Assembly: GCA_041479395.1 (NCBI GenBank)
Contig: JBGOXZ010000001.1
Coordinates: 1 to 53,835 of the forward strand
Source: Opitutaceae bacterium
GTDB lineage: Bacteria > Verrucomicrobiota > Verrucomicrobiia > Opitutales > Opitutaceae
Length of the DNA stretch: 53,835 nucleotides
Direction: 5' to 3'
The notes under the pieces are model-generated. The model saw nothing but the letters and a program-made list of their open reading frames with translations. It was not told the DNA's origin and did no database searches. How positions within the stretch are numbered: the stretch's first letter is position 1; each line of letters begins with the position of its first letter. The position numbers and the translations under genes are program-made. Shown in pieces: positions 36,818 to 46,580 of the stretch.

Positions 36818-37744
36818 ATGGAACTAAGCCAGCTTCGCTATCTGCTCGCAGCGGCCGAACTGGGAAATTTCACCCGTGCAGCCGAGCGGTGCAATGTCTC
36901 CCAACCATCTATCAGTCAACAAATAATAAACCTTGAACGCGAATTGGGCCACAAGCTCTTCCACCGCTTGGGGCGCCGGGTCGTTCCCACGGAAGCGGGG
37001 CAGGTCTTTCTTGAGCGGGCACGATACATCATAAAGGAGGTTGAGGATGCTTCCAAGGAACTGAAAGACAGCCCGACCTTGGAGCGGCGCATCAAAGTGG
37101 GCACAGTGCCGACTCTGGCCCCTTATCTGTTTCCGCCCCTGCTCGAGCAATGCCAGGAGCTTTACCCAAGTCTGTTGGTGCACACTCACGAAGACTTCCG
37201 CCCGGATCTGATGCGTGGAGTTGTCGACGGAGACCTCGATCTAGCCGTGCTGCCACAGCCGGTGAAGGATCCTCGGATTTCCACGGAAGTTCTTTTTGTC
37301 GAACCCCTTTTGCTGGTCGTGAGCCGGGGGCACCCGCTCGCGGCAAAGCCTGCGATTACTGCACGCGATCTGGCGGATGAGAGTTTTGTGCTCTTGGGCC
37401 ATTCAAGCAGTCTGGCAATGGAAATCGAGCGGTTTTGCGGCGATCACGATTTTTCCCCGCGTCTCGGGCATCGCTGCTCACAAGTTGCCACTGTGAAAGC
37501 GCTGGTCGCCCTCGGCTTGGGTATCTCCATCTTGCCGCGAATCGCCCAGACGCCGGCGGACGACAAGACCCTCGTCTACCGGGAACTCACCGGCCGTGTG
37601 CCCACGCGCGAGGTGGTGATCGTTCGCCATCTGCAGCGCTACCAGACCAAGGGAGCGGAAATGTTCCTTAAGGTGCTTCGCGCCTTCGTTGCCCAACTCG
37701 CTGCCGCCGGTGACATCAAAGAAAGTCCCGCGGCCAAACCTTGA
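36818..37744 (+). CDS. LysR family transcriptional regulator
   Basis: N-terminal wHTH LRYLLAAAELGNFTRAAERCNVSQPSISQQIINLERELGHKLFHR, plus a LysR substrate-binding domain. The OxyR redox cysteine position reads GHS, so it is not called OxyR. Confidence 0.85.
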   Translation: MELSQLRYLLAAAELGNFTRAAERCNVSQPSISQQIINLERELGHKLFHRLGRRVVPTEAGQVFLERARYIIKEVEDASKELKDSPTLERRIKVGTVPTLAPYLFPPLLEQCQELYPSLLVHTHEDFRPDLMRGVVDGDLDLAVLPQPVKDPRISTEVLFVEPLLLVVSRGHPLAAKPAITARDLADESFVLLGHSSSLAMEIERFCGDHDFSPRLGHRCSQVATVKALVALGLGISILPRIAQTPADDKTLVYRELTGRVPTREVVIVRHLQRYQTKGAEMFLKVLRAFVAQLAAAGDIKESPAAKP

Positions 37745-38016
37745 CTCGGTCCTGATCCGCCGTTCGCTGCCGGCTCGCTGTGGGGTCTTGCCACCTGACC
37801 GACGGACTGTATGCAGCACGCCTCACTTCCCGCGACGCACGCCACCGTGGGATCAGGGACGCCAGTCGTCCGTCCCGCCTCCGCAGCGATCCGCGGATTT
37901 GAACCTGCCGACGGACGGGGGCGTTCAGGCCATCGCGGCGGTCGTGGCGCGATCCTCGCCGTCGTTCCGTTTCGGGTTTGCCCGGGCTTCCGCGCGCCAC
38001 TAGTGTCCGTGCTCTT

Positions 38017-38334
38017 ATGATCGATCTCATTAAAAAGACTCTGCTGGCGGGCGTGGGGGCAACGATTATCACCAAGGAAAAAGTCGAGGCGGCGCTGCAG
38101 GACTACATCCGCCAAGGCAAGGTTTCGGCCGCTGACGCGCGCATCATGGCCGAGAAGATCGCGGAGCAGGGCCGCAAGGAATTCGAGATCATGAGCGGAG
38201 AGTTGGCCGCCAAATTCAGGGAACTGGCGGAGAAAGCCGATCTCACGCACAAGGCCCGCCTCGAGGCGCTGGAGGCCCGCGTGAAGAAACTCGAGGCGAC
38301 TCTCGCCGCGCGTAGCCCCGACCGTAGCGCCTGA
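38017..38334 (+). CDS. phasin-like coiled-coil protein (COG3937-type)
   Basis: MIDLIKKTLLAGVGATIITKEKVEAALQDYIRQGKVS.. followed by a coiled coil. ATG at 38017, 13 codons inside the track ORF. Confidence 0.5.
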   Translation: MIDLIKKTLLAGVGATIITKEKVEAALQDYIRQGKVSAADARIMAEKIAEQGRKEFEIMSGELAAKFRELAEKADLTHKARLEALEARVKKLEATLAARSPDRSA

Positions 38335-38356
38335 CCCGCCCACCCTGCCCACCACC

Positions 38357-40027
38357 ATGCCGGGCGTCTCCCTCAAGCCCTTCGACCTGCTGGCCAACGC
38401 CGTGCGGGCCAAGGAAATCGCGGTTGTGCTCGTGCGGCACGGTTTCGCCGAGATCATCGAGCAGATCGAGACGCCCGGCGCGTGGTGGCAGCGTTTTGTC
38501 CCCACGCCCAAAGAACGCCGCAGCACGGTCGAACGCATCCGCCTCGCCGCGGAAGAACTCGGACCGACGTTTGTAAAGTTTTGCCAGCTCCTCAGCATGC
38601 GGCCCGACCTGGTGCCGCCATCCTTGGTTCTCGAGCTGCAGAAACTGCAGGACGCCGTTCAGCCCCTGCCCTTCGCCGAGATGCAGAAAGTCGTGTCGGA
38701 GGAACTCGAATGCGATCCCACCGAGGTGTTCAGTGAGTTCAACGAGACCGCCGTCGCCTCCGCCTCGCTCGCACAGGTTTATTTCGCCCGCCTCAAAGCC
38801 GGCGGCCGTGACGTCGCGGTAAAGCTGCAGCGGCCCGATCTTCAGAAGGTCGTGGAGGCTGACCTCGATCTCATCGCCTTTTTCGCCGCGCGCATTCACC
38901 ACTACATCGCCCGGCTGCGACCCTTCGATCTCCCAGCCATCGTCGAAGAGATCCGCGCCGGCCTGATCCAGGAACTCGATTTCCGGCACGAGGCACGCAA
39001 CCAACAGTACTTCAATGCCCAAAATCCCTTCCCCGACAAGGTCTTCGCGCCCGAAGTCGTCGGCCAGTTCACCACCCGGCGAATGCTCGTGATGGACCGC
39101 GTCGACGGACGGCGCGTTGAGCAGGCGCAACTCACGCCCGAGCAGGCCAGGACGCTCGCGAGCGCGGGCGCCACCTCGCTGCTGCACCAGATCGTGATCA
39201 CCGGCTTTTTCCACGCCGATCCGCACGCGGGCAATGTGCTCGTGACCGCCGACGGCCGTCTCTGCCTGCTCGACTGGGGCCTCGCCGGCCACCTCACGCG
39301 CCGTCTGCGTTATGCGCTGGCCGATCTCCTGCTGGCCGCGGCCGCGCATGATGCCGAGCAGGTCGTGCAGGTTGGCATGAGTCTGGCCGGCCCCGGCGCC
39401 AAGCCCGACTACCGCACGATGGAAAAGGAAGTCACCATCGTCCTGCGGGAAAATCTGGACTTCGCCACGGGCCATGAGCAGATCGGACGTCTCATCCTCA
39501 AGTTGATCGGAATTTTCGGCCGCAACGGCATCAGCGTTTCGCGCGACTATGCGCTCATGGCCAAATCGGTACTCTCCATCGAAGAGGTCGGCCGCACACT
39601 CGATCCGGAATTCGACCTGCGTCAGGTCGCCCGGCCCGTGTTGCGCGAGCTGCACCGCGAGCGCTGGAGCCCCCGGGCGCTGCTCGGCAAAACGCGCACC
39701 CTGCTCGCCGCCGCCTTCGGGCGCCTGGGCGATCTCCCCTCCGAACTGGATCGCCTGCTGCGTCGCCTCGAGCAGGACGACCTGACGGTAAATTTCCAGC
39801 ACCGCGGCTTGGAGGGTCTCAATGAGGCGCTTCGCGCCGCCAGCAACCGCATCGCGCTCGGAGTGATCATCGGTGCGCTCATCATCGGTTCGTCCCAGAT
39901 CGTCACGACCGGAATCAGTCCGTACCTTTTTGGCTACCCCGTCCTCGGCATCATCGGCTACCTCCTCTCCGCGCTGCTCGGCCTGTGGGTGATCTGGGAC
40001 ATTTTCCGTCACGGCAGGCACAAATAG
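38357..40027 (+). CDS. ABC1/AarF/UbiB atypical protein-kinase family protein
   Basis: FVKFCQLLSMRPDLVPP, ASASLAQVYFARLKAGGRDVAVKLQRPD, FFHADPHAGNVLV, and two C-terminal TM helices. Confidence 0.85.
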   Translation: MPGVSLKPFDLLANAVRAKEIAVVLVRHGFAEIIEQIETPGAWWQRFVPTPKERRSTVERIRLAAEELGPTFVKFCQLLSMRPDLVPPSLVLELQKLQDAVQPLPFAEMQKVVSEELECDPTEVFSEFNETAVASASLAQVYFARLKAGGRDVAVKLQRPDLQKVVEADLDLIAFFAARIHHYIARLRPFDLPAIVEEIRAGLIQELDFRHEARNQQYFNAQNPFPDKVFAPEVVGQFTTRRMLVMDRVDGRRVEQAQLTPEQARTLASAGATSLLHQIVITGFFHADPHAGNVLVTADGRLCLLDWGLAGHLTRRLRYALADLLLAAAAHDAEQVVQVGMSLAGPGAKPDYRTMEKEVTIVLRENLDFATGHEQIGRLILKLIGIFGRNGISVSRDYALMAKSVLSIEEVGRTLDPEFDLRQVARPVLRELHRERWSPRALLGKTRTLLAAAFGRLGDLPSELDRLLRRLEQDDLTVNFQHRGLEGLNEALRAASNRIALGVIIGALIIGSSQIVTTGISPYLFGYPVLGIIGYLLSALLGLWVIWDIFRHGRHK

Positions 40028-40145
40028 CAGGAGTGAGGCGCTTCCGCGAAAGACCAGCTTCCCAAGTGCGTAATCCTTCGAACGTCCGCGGAAACAAAAG
40101 ACTGTCGGACGGCCTCCCCGGCATCAGCGGAAGCCCAGACGCAGG

Positions 40146-41951
40146 TCATTCCGCAGCCGGCCGGGCACCTGGCAGGAGGAAGTGGAAATCGCTGCCCACG
40201 CCCGGCCTGCTGGTGCAGGCGATGGACCCGCCGTGCGCCACGACAATCTCCCGGGCGATGGCCAGGCCGAGGCCCGCGCCCTTCTTGGTCTGACCCGGGA
40301 CGCGGTAGAATTTATCGAACACGTGAGGCAGGCTCTCCGGCGGGATGCCCGGTCCGCGATCACGCACGCCCAACTTCGCAAAGCCGTCGGGCGCCGGTTC
40401 GGCGTACAGCACGATCTCGCTCCCCTCCGGCGAGTACTTGCTGGCGTTGGTGAGCAGATTGATGAACACGTGCCGGACCCGGTCACGATCGACCGACACG
40501 CGATCCATTCCCCCGGCAATGCTCACCGCGATGCGCTGCCCGGCCGCTTCGATAATGGGTCTGATCTCCCCGATCATCGCGGCAAGCAGCTCATCCACGC
40601 GCTCGGGGGTGCGGTTCAGTGCCGTAGCGCCGCCCTCCAAGCGACTCAGATCGAGCAGATCATTGAGGATGCGCAACAGGCGATCGGCGTCATCGCGGGC
40701 GGTCTCCAGCAGTTCACGCTGCGCGGACGAGAGCTGGCCGAGGTTTTGTTCGAGCAGCAGGTAGACGGCCATGCGCAGGCTGGTCAGCGGCGTCTTGAGT
40801 TCGTGGCTCACCGTCCCGACCAGATTGTTTTTGGCGTCGTCGAGCAGGCGGAACTTCGTCACGTCCTGCAGCAGGATGGCCGCCCCTCCGAAACCGGTCA
40901 GCGTGTCGCCCACGGCGAGAATCCGGGGCAGGTAGTGCCGGTCGTCGTGCCCAATGTGCAGGACCACGACATGGTCGTAACCGGTGGGCAGATAGTGGTT
41001 GCCCGAGGCCAGCACCGCCGCCAGCGGCTCGCGCAGCGGCACCGGCAATCCCTGCGCGAATCCGGGCGTGGCCGCCAGGATCTCGGCGGCGGGATTCTTC
41101 AGTTCAACCTCGCCGGTCTTGGAGACCACAAACACCGGGTCGGGCGTCGAGGTCAGCGTGGCCTCCATGGTACGCTGGGCGCGCAGCACCTTCGCCGTGG
41201 TCGCCTCCCGGAAGGCACGGAGCTTGGCGGCCATCGTGTTGAACGCGCGGGCGAGCTCCCCCAGTTCGTCGCGTGAAAGCACCGGCACCTCCCGGTCAAG
41301 GGTCCCGTCGCCCAGCGCGACGGCGGACGACGTGAGCGCCTTGATGGGCCGCAGGAGCAAACGACTCAGGCGATAGGACAGATAGAGCGAGAGTAGGATC
41401 GCGGCGGTCATCGCGCCCAGGAGGAGACGGATGGTCGTGCGGGTGGTGCGTCCGGCGCGGGCCAGCTCGGTCTGCCAGACTTCATGATCGTGCTGGGTCA
41501 AGACCTCGAGCGCCCGGAGCGTGTTGAAACACGCGGTCGCGGTGGCGCGATGCACCACTTGGCGCGAGAGCGGTCCCTCGCGCAGAAAGGTCTCGTCCGC
41601 CTGCACCTGGGCCAGAAACGCTGCATCGACCGCCTCGGTGGGCCGGGCGCGGGGCGTGCCGGCCGCGGTGATCGACTGTTCGTGCAGGTTGCGCTCGAAA
41701 CGGGCGCGCTGGGTGGAAAACTGCAGGCGCGTCTCGAGCGCATCGCCGGATTGCGTCTGATTGAGCGCGCTGTCCATGAGGGTCGCGGCTTCCTTCATCT
41801 CCTCCGTAGCCAGCATCGCCCGGTAATTGGCCGCGAGCGTGATCTCGACCGAACGACTCAATTCCAGGCAGGTGAAAAGCGCATACCCGCCCATCACGAT
41901 GAGCAACAGCAGGAGTGGCAGCAGGCCGAGGTAGAGGCGGGTGCGGAGCAT
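40146..41951 (-). CDS. sensor histidine kinase (TM-sensor-TM, HAMP, PAS, HisKA, HATPase_c)
   Basis: HAMP LRPIKALTSSAVALGDGTLD..ELGELARAFNTMAAKL, H-box VSHELKTPLTSL, N-box FINLLTNASKYS, G-boxes VRDRGPGIP and GAGLGLAIA. The ATG at 41951 (MLRTRLYLGLLPLLLLL) avoids a 77-nt overlap with the regulator gene. Confidence 0.9.
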   Translation of the reverse strand: MLRTRLYLGLLPLLLLLIVMGGYALFTCLELSRSVEITLAANYRAMLATEEMKEAATLMDSALNQTQSGDALETRLQFSTQRARFERNLHEQSITAAGTPRARPTEAVDAAFLAQVQADETFLREGPLSRQVVHRATATACFNTLRALEVLTQHDHEVWQTELARAGRTTRTTIRLLLGAMTAAILLSLYLSYRLSRLLLRPIKALTSSAVALGDGTLDREVPVLSRDELGELARAFNTMAAKLRAFREATTAKVLRAQRTMEATLTSTPDPVFVVSKTGEVELKNPAAEILAATPGFAQGLPVPLREPLAAVLASGNHYLPTGYDHVVVLHIGHDDRHYLPRILAVGDTLTGFGGAAILLQDVTKFRLLDDAKNNLVGTVSHELKTPLTSLRMAVYLLLEQNLGQLSSAQRELLETARDDADRLLRILNDLLDLSRLEGGATALNRTPERVDELLAAMIGEIRPIIEAAGQRIAVSIAGGMDRVSVDRDRVRHVFINLLTNASKYSPEGSEIVLYAEPAPDGFAKLGVRDRGPGIPPESLPHVFDKFYRVPGQTKKGAGLGLAIAREIVVAHGGSIACTSRPGVGSDFHFLLPGARPAAE

Positions 41952-42003
41952 GTTATTTCGAATCGGACATCCCTGCTGCGCCGGAACGCTCGGGCCGCCG
42001 GCT

Positions 42004-43338
<1,335 letters not shown>

Positions 43339-43439
43339 ACGGCTCCAACACTGTCACATAAAGGCGACTGCGGTTCCCCGCCAACCCCAAACAGGATCCC
43401 CCCCGCCGGCAATCCGCCGCGGCACCCCGAAAAATTCAA

Positions 43440-43466
43440 GGCGGGGCCGCCTGAGGCGACCCCGCC
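43440..43466 (-). terminator. rho-independent terminator on the minus strand
   Basis: Read on the minus strand: GGCGGGGTCGCC-(3-5 nt loop)-GGCGGCCCCGCC (11 of 12 pairs), followed by CTTGAATTTTTCGGGG. It begins 15 nt after the stop of the 93-aa ORF and lies about 100 nt upstream of the regulator ATG. Confidence 0.55.
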
Positions 43467-43480
43467 AAGTCCAGCTTCAA

Positions 43481-43762
43481 CTAAATCCCGATCTGCTCAC
43501 TATTGTTAGGCAACGGCTCGCAGCCCGGGAAGTGTTCAAATTGACGTTCCGGAGCCCCCGGAAGTTTCCAGAGACTCGCAGATGCACCGCTCGCCAGAAG
43601 CTGGCATCGCCCTCTCGCCTCCGGCGGATCAGCACGTGCAAGGCCTCGCAAAGAACAACCCGTAGTAGACTCACCCTCGAGGTAGACGGTTCCGCGGGCT
43701 GTCAGAAACAGAATCCAGGTTGTCGGAAGTTTCAAGCGCACCCGACCATTGGATTGGGACAT
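43481..43762 (-). CDS. hypothetical 93-aa protein (alternatively a non-coding transcript)
   Basis: ATG-initiated ORF immediately followed by a terminator. Its codon third positions are noticeably less G/C-biased than in neighbouring genes, and no convincing family motif is present. Confidence 0.35.
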   Translation of the reverse strand: MSQSNGRVRLKLPTTWILFLTARGTVYLEGESTTGCSLRGLARADPPEARGRCQLLASGASASLWKLPGAPERQFEHFPGCEPLPNNSEQIGI

Positions 43763-44016
43763 CTTATCCGTTTAATCGGCAGACGGTTATCGCCAGTTGC
43801 AACGCTGGCGCGATGTGGAATCTTTGATGCGCACACGTCCCGCGGCATGGAGCCGGCTATTAGGGAATGAAATACTCATCGACTGTCACCTACTTTCCAT
43901 GTCAGGCTCACCCGTCGTTCTCCCTGGCAGCATGAGGCGCGCGGGCTCGCGATTTTTGGTCGCACTCTGCGCAGACGGCGCTCTCCTCCTCCCCTAAATC
44001 ACAACCCCTCGAGGCC

Positions 44017-45258
44017 ATGAGTGCCCCTATTCCTTCCGCCGCCAGCACGCAAGCCCAAGCGCAATCCCCCGCGCCCAAATATCCCGATTTGGAGATCAAG
44101 GATGCCCAGCTTATCTTCGACTCCGTTTGGGAGACCTTGGAGGTCGAGTTCGGGCTGCAAAACCTGCGCTTCCCCAAGGAGATCATTCTCTTGGGCGGCG
44201 CGCCGGGCGCCGGCAAGGGCACCAACACCTCTTTCATCCTCAAGACCCGCGGACTCACCTGCCCGCCGATTGTCGTCAGTGCCCTGCTCGACTCGCCCGA
44301 AGCGCGGCGCACCAAGGATGCCGGCTACATGGTCGGCGATCGGGAGGTCGTGGGCATCCTTTTCCGCCGCCTGCTGCAGCCCGAGTACCGCGACGGCTGC
44401 ATCCTGGACGGCTTTCCGCGCACCAAGGTGCAGGTCGAGTGCTTGAAACTGCTCGTTGACCGCATGGAGGCGCTGTGGCGGGAATTCTCGTCCACGCCCT
44501 TCAGCATTCATTTCCGCCAGCCCACCATCCACATCATGGTGCTGTTCGTCGACGAGAACACCTCCGTGCAGCGCCAGCTCAAGCGCGGCCGCGAGGTGCG
44601 CGCCCACAACGAGGAGGTGCGGCGCACCGGCATGGGTGAACTGCTGGACGAGCGCCCCACCGACTATGATGAGAACCTCGCCCGGCGGCGGTACCGTGTG
44701 TTCAAGGAACAAACGTGGGACGCGCTCCAGTCGCTGCGCGACATCTTCCATTACCACTTCGTCGACGCCCAAGGGCCGATCAAGGAAGTCGAATACAACA
44801 TCCTCACGGAGCTGCAGTATCAGAGCACGCTTGAGCTCGACCCCCGCACGCATGACCGGCTGCGCAGCCTGCCGCTGGCCAGCGAAATCATCGTCCACGC
44901 ACGCCAGGAGATGGTCAAGCGACTCGACTCCTATGAGTTTGAACATCCCGAGCTCTTCCAAAAGGTCGTGGCGTTCATGGACAAGAAGATGATGTCGATC
45001 ATCAAACGTCATGCGATTTCCGGTCTCACGCTCATCAACACCGAGGATCCCGTGCTCGAGGATCCGCTCGCTCTCGCCATGCTGATCGACGTTTTCTCCG
45101 AGCGCGGTTATCATGCCGTCGTCGACCTGCACCGCATCGATGTGCCGGAAAAAGTCGATCCCGCCACCGGCCAGATCACCTGCCGCGTGAAGAAGGTCTA
45201 CCGCATCCAGGTGCGGTTCCCCGGCTCCGAGATCCGGCGCGGCCAAGGCTCATTCTGA
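44017..45258 (+). CDS. adenylate-kinase-like P-loop NMP kinase with N- and C-terminal extensions
   Basis: The P-loop IILLGGAPGAGKGT and the Adk hinge motif CILDGFPRT occur in canonical order. At 413 aa the protein is about double a bacterial Adk. The C-terminal ~150 aa carries no motif I recognise. Confidence 0.6.
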   Translation: MSAPIPSAASTQAQAQSPAPKYPDLEIKDAQLIFDSVWETLEVEFGLQNLRFPKEIILLGGAPGAGKGTNTSFILKTRGLTCPPIVVSALLDSPEARRTKDAGYMVGDREVVGILFRRLLQPEYRDGCILDGFPRTKVQVECLKLLVDRMEALWREFSSTPFSIHFRQPTIHIMVLFVDENTSVQRQLKRGREVRAHNEEVRRTGMGELLDERPTDYDENLARRRYRVFKEQTWDALQSLRDIFHYHFVDAQGPIKEVEYNILTELQYQSTLELDPRTHDRLRSLPLASEIIVHARQEMVKRLDSYEFEHPELFQKVVAFMDKKMMSIIKRHAISGLTLINTEDPVLEDPLALAMLIDVFSERGYHAVVDLHRIDVPEKVDPATGQITCRVKKVYRIQVRFPGSEIRRGQGSF

Positions 45259-45311
45259 TTAACTCCTGCTGGCCGATCGAAAATCCGGAATCAGAAACCT
45301 GGCGGTCAGGG

Positions 45312-46547
45312 TCACTCGTACCGCAACGCCTCGATGGGATCGAGCGACGCGGCCTTCCACGCCGGGTAGAAGCCGAAGCCGATGCCGATGCCCGAGCAGA
45401 CCAGCAGACCGAGGAAAGCCCAGTCCCACGGAATGACCGCGCCAGCCTTCATCCACAGCGCCAGCAGATTGCCCACGCCCACACCAAGCGCGATGCCGAG
45501 CACGCCGCCCGCCAGCGATAGCGTCACCGCCTCAATGAGAAACTGGGTGAGAATGGACTTTTTCCGGGCGCCGATGGATTTCCGGATGCCGATCTCCTTC
45601 GTCCGCTCCGTGACACTGACGAGCATGATGTTCATGATGCCCACGCCGGCGGCAAGCAGCGCGATACCGCTGATGACAAAGGAACCCGCGGTAATGACAT
45701 CCGCCACCTTGGCAAACGCGGTGAGCAGCGACTCGTTGGAGTAGAGTTCAAAATCGTTTTCCTCCTCGGGCTTGAGCCCGCGCACCACGCGCATGGCCGT
45801 GACACCTTTGTCCATGGTGTCGTTATAGACGATGTGGCTGGGTGCCTCGGTGGCGATGTTCACGGTGTAACGCTCGGAGCCAAAGTCGCTGAAGAATCGC
45901 GTGATGGGGATCATCGCCAGATTGTCCGCGCTCTGGCCAAAGGTGGTGCCCTTTTCGGCAAAGGTGCCGATGACCACATAGGTGCGCTGCTTCACCTTGA
46001 TGGTCTTGCCCAGGGGCGATTCTGACGGGAAGAGCTTCTTGACGATGTCTTGGCCGATGATGACTACCGGCCGGCCGAGTTCGATGTCCTCGGGTTGAAA
46101 ATTGCGCCCGAGGTCGATGCTGTACTGGTTGGCATTCAGAAAGTACTCGTTGGTGCCACCGAAGCTGATGTCCGGTGTCGTCTTGCGACCGCTGTAGACC
46201 GCCTGGGCACCATTGTTGTCAAACACCTTCAAGCAGATCACGTCCGCGGTACCCTCCATGAGCTGCTGATAGCGCATCGCCTGATCCAGGGTGATGTTGC
46301 GGCGCATCTCAATCTGGCGACGGTTGGAACCGCCGGAGATGCCGGTGGGATATTTCCCAAACTGAAAGAAATTCGTCCCCAGGAAGCTGAGACCGGTTTC
46401 AATCGAGCTGCGCAGGGCGGTGACCGTGGTCATGACCCCGATGACCGAAAATACGCCGATGGTGATGCCCAGCATGGTGAGGATCGACCGGAGTTTATTC
46501 ACGCCGATCGAAGCGAACGCGATTCTCAGGATTTCAGAGAGGGGCAT
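45312..46547 (-). CDS. ABC transporter permease, MacB/FtsX type
   Basis: N-terminal TM, a large periplasmic domain (MacB_PCD-like), then a C-terminal FtsX four-helix region ([28 protein letters not shown]). Ends in IEALRYE. Confidence 0.85.
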   Translation of the reverse strand: MPLSEILRIAFASIGVNKLRSILTMLGITIGVFSVIGVMTTVTALRSSIETGLSFLGTNFFQFGKYPTGISGGSNRRQIEMRRNITLDQAMRYQQLMEGTADVICLKVFDNNGAQAVYSGRKTTPDISFGGTNEYFLNANQYSIDLGRNFQPEDIELGRPVVIIGQDIVKKLFPSESPLGKTIKVKQRTYVVIGTFAEKGTTFGQSADNLAMIPITRFFSDFGSERYTVNIATEAPSHIVYNDTMDKGVTAMRVVRGLKPEEENDFELYSNESLLTAFAKVADVITAGSFVISGIALLAAGVGIMNIMLVSVTERTKEIGIRKSIGARKKSILTQFLIEAVTLSLAGGVLGIALGVGVGNLLALWMKAGAVIPWDWAFLGLLVCSGIGIGFGFYPAWKAASLDPIEALRYE

Positions 46548-46580
46548 GGCCAGACGCGGGCAACGAAGGCAGCGCCGGGT

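Noticed and set aside
38243-40021. 592-aa minus-strand ORF opposite the ABC1 kinase.
   Set aside because: Antisense shadow. The plus-strand product has all the ABC1/UbiB signatures.
43551-43572. RNase P RNA-like CR-I motif on the minus strand (TGGAAACTTCCGGGGGCTCC versus GAGGAAAGTCCGGGCTCC).
   Set aside because: It has insertions and mismatches in a motif that is normally invariant, the other conserved RNase P blocks are not nearby, and the stretch lies inside the small ORF.
43481-43762. PilZ-domain reading of the 93-aa ORF (RVRLKLP .. EGESTTGCSL).
   Set aside because: The RxxxR and (D/N)xSxxG c-di-GMP motifs are not actually satisfied. The resemblance is too loose to call.
43957-43970. Sigma-54 -24/-12 promoter candidates near the NtrC-type regulator: TGGTCGCACTCTGC here, CTGGCGATAACCGTCTGCC at about 43781-43799 on the minus strand, and TTGGCGTTAACGATAC upstream of the pseudopilin genes.
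   Set aside because: The GG-to-GC spacing is off by one or two bases, or the GC element is missing. None matches TGGCAC-N5-TTGC.
43999-45246. 415-aa minus-strand ORF opposite the Adk-like gene.
   Set aside because: Antisense shadow. Only the plus-strand frame has the P-loop and DGFPRT motifs.
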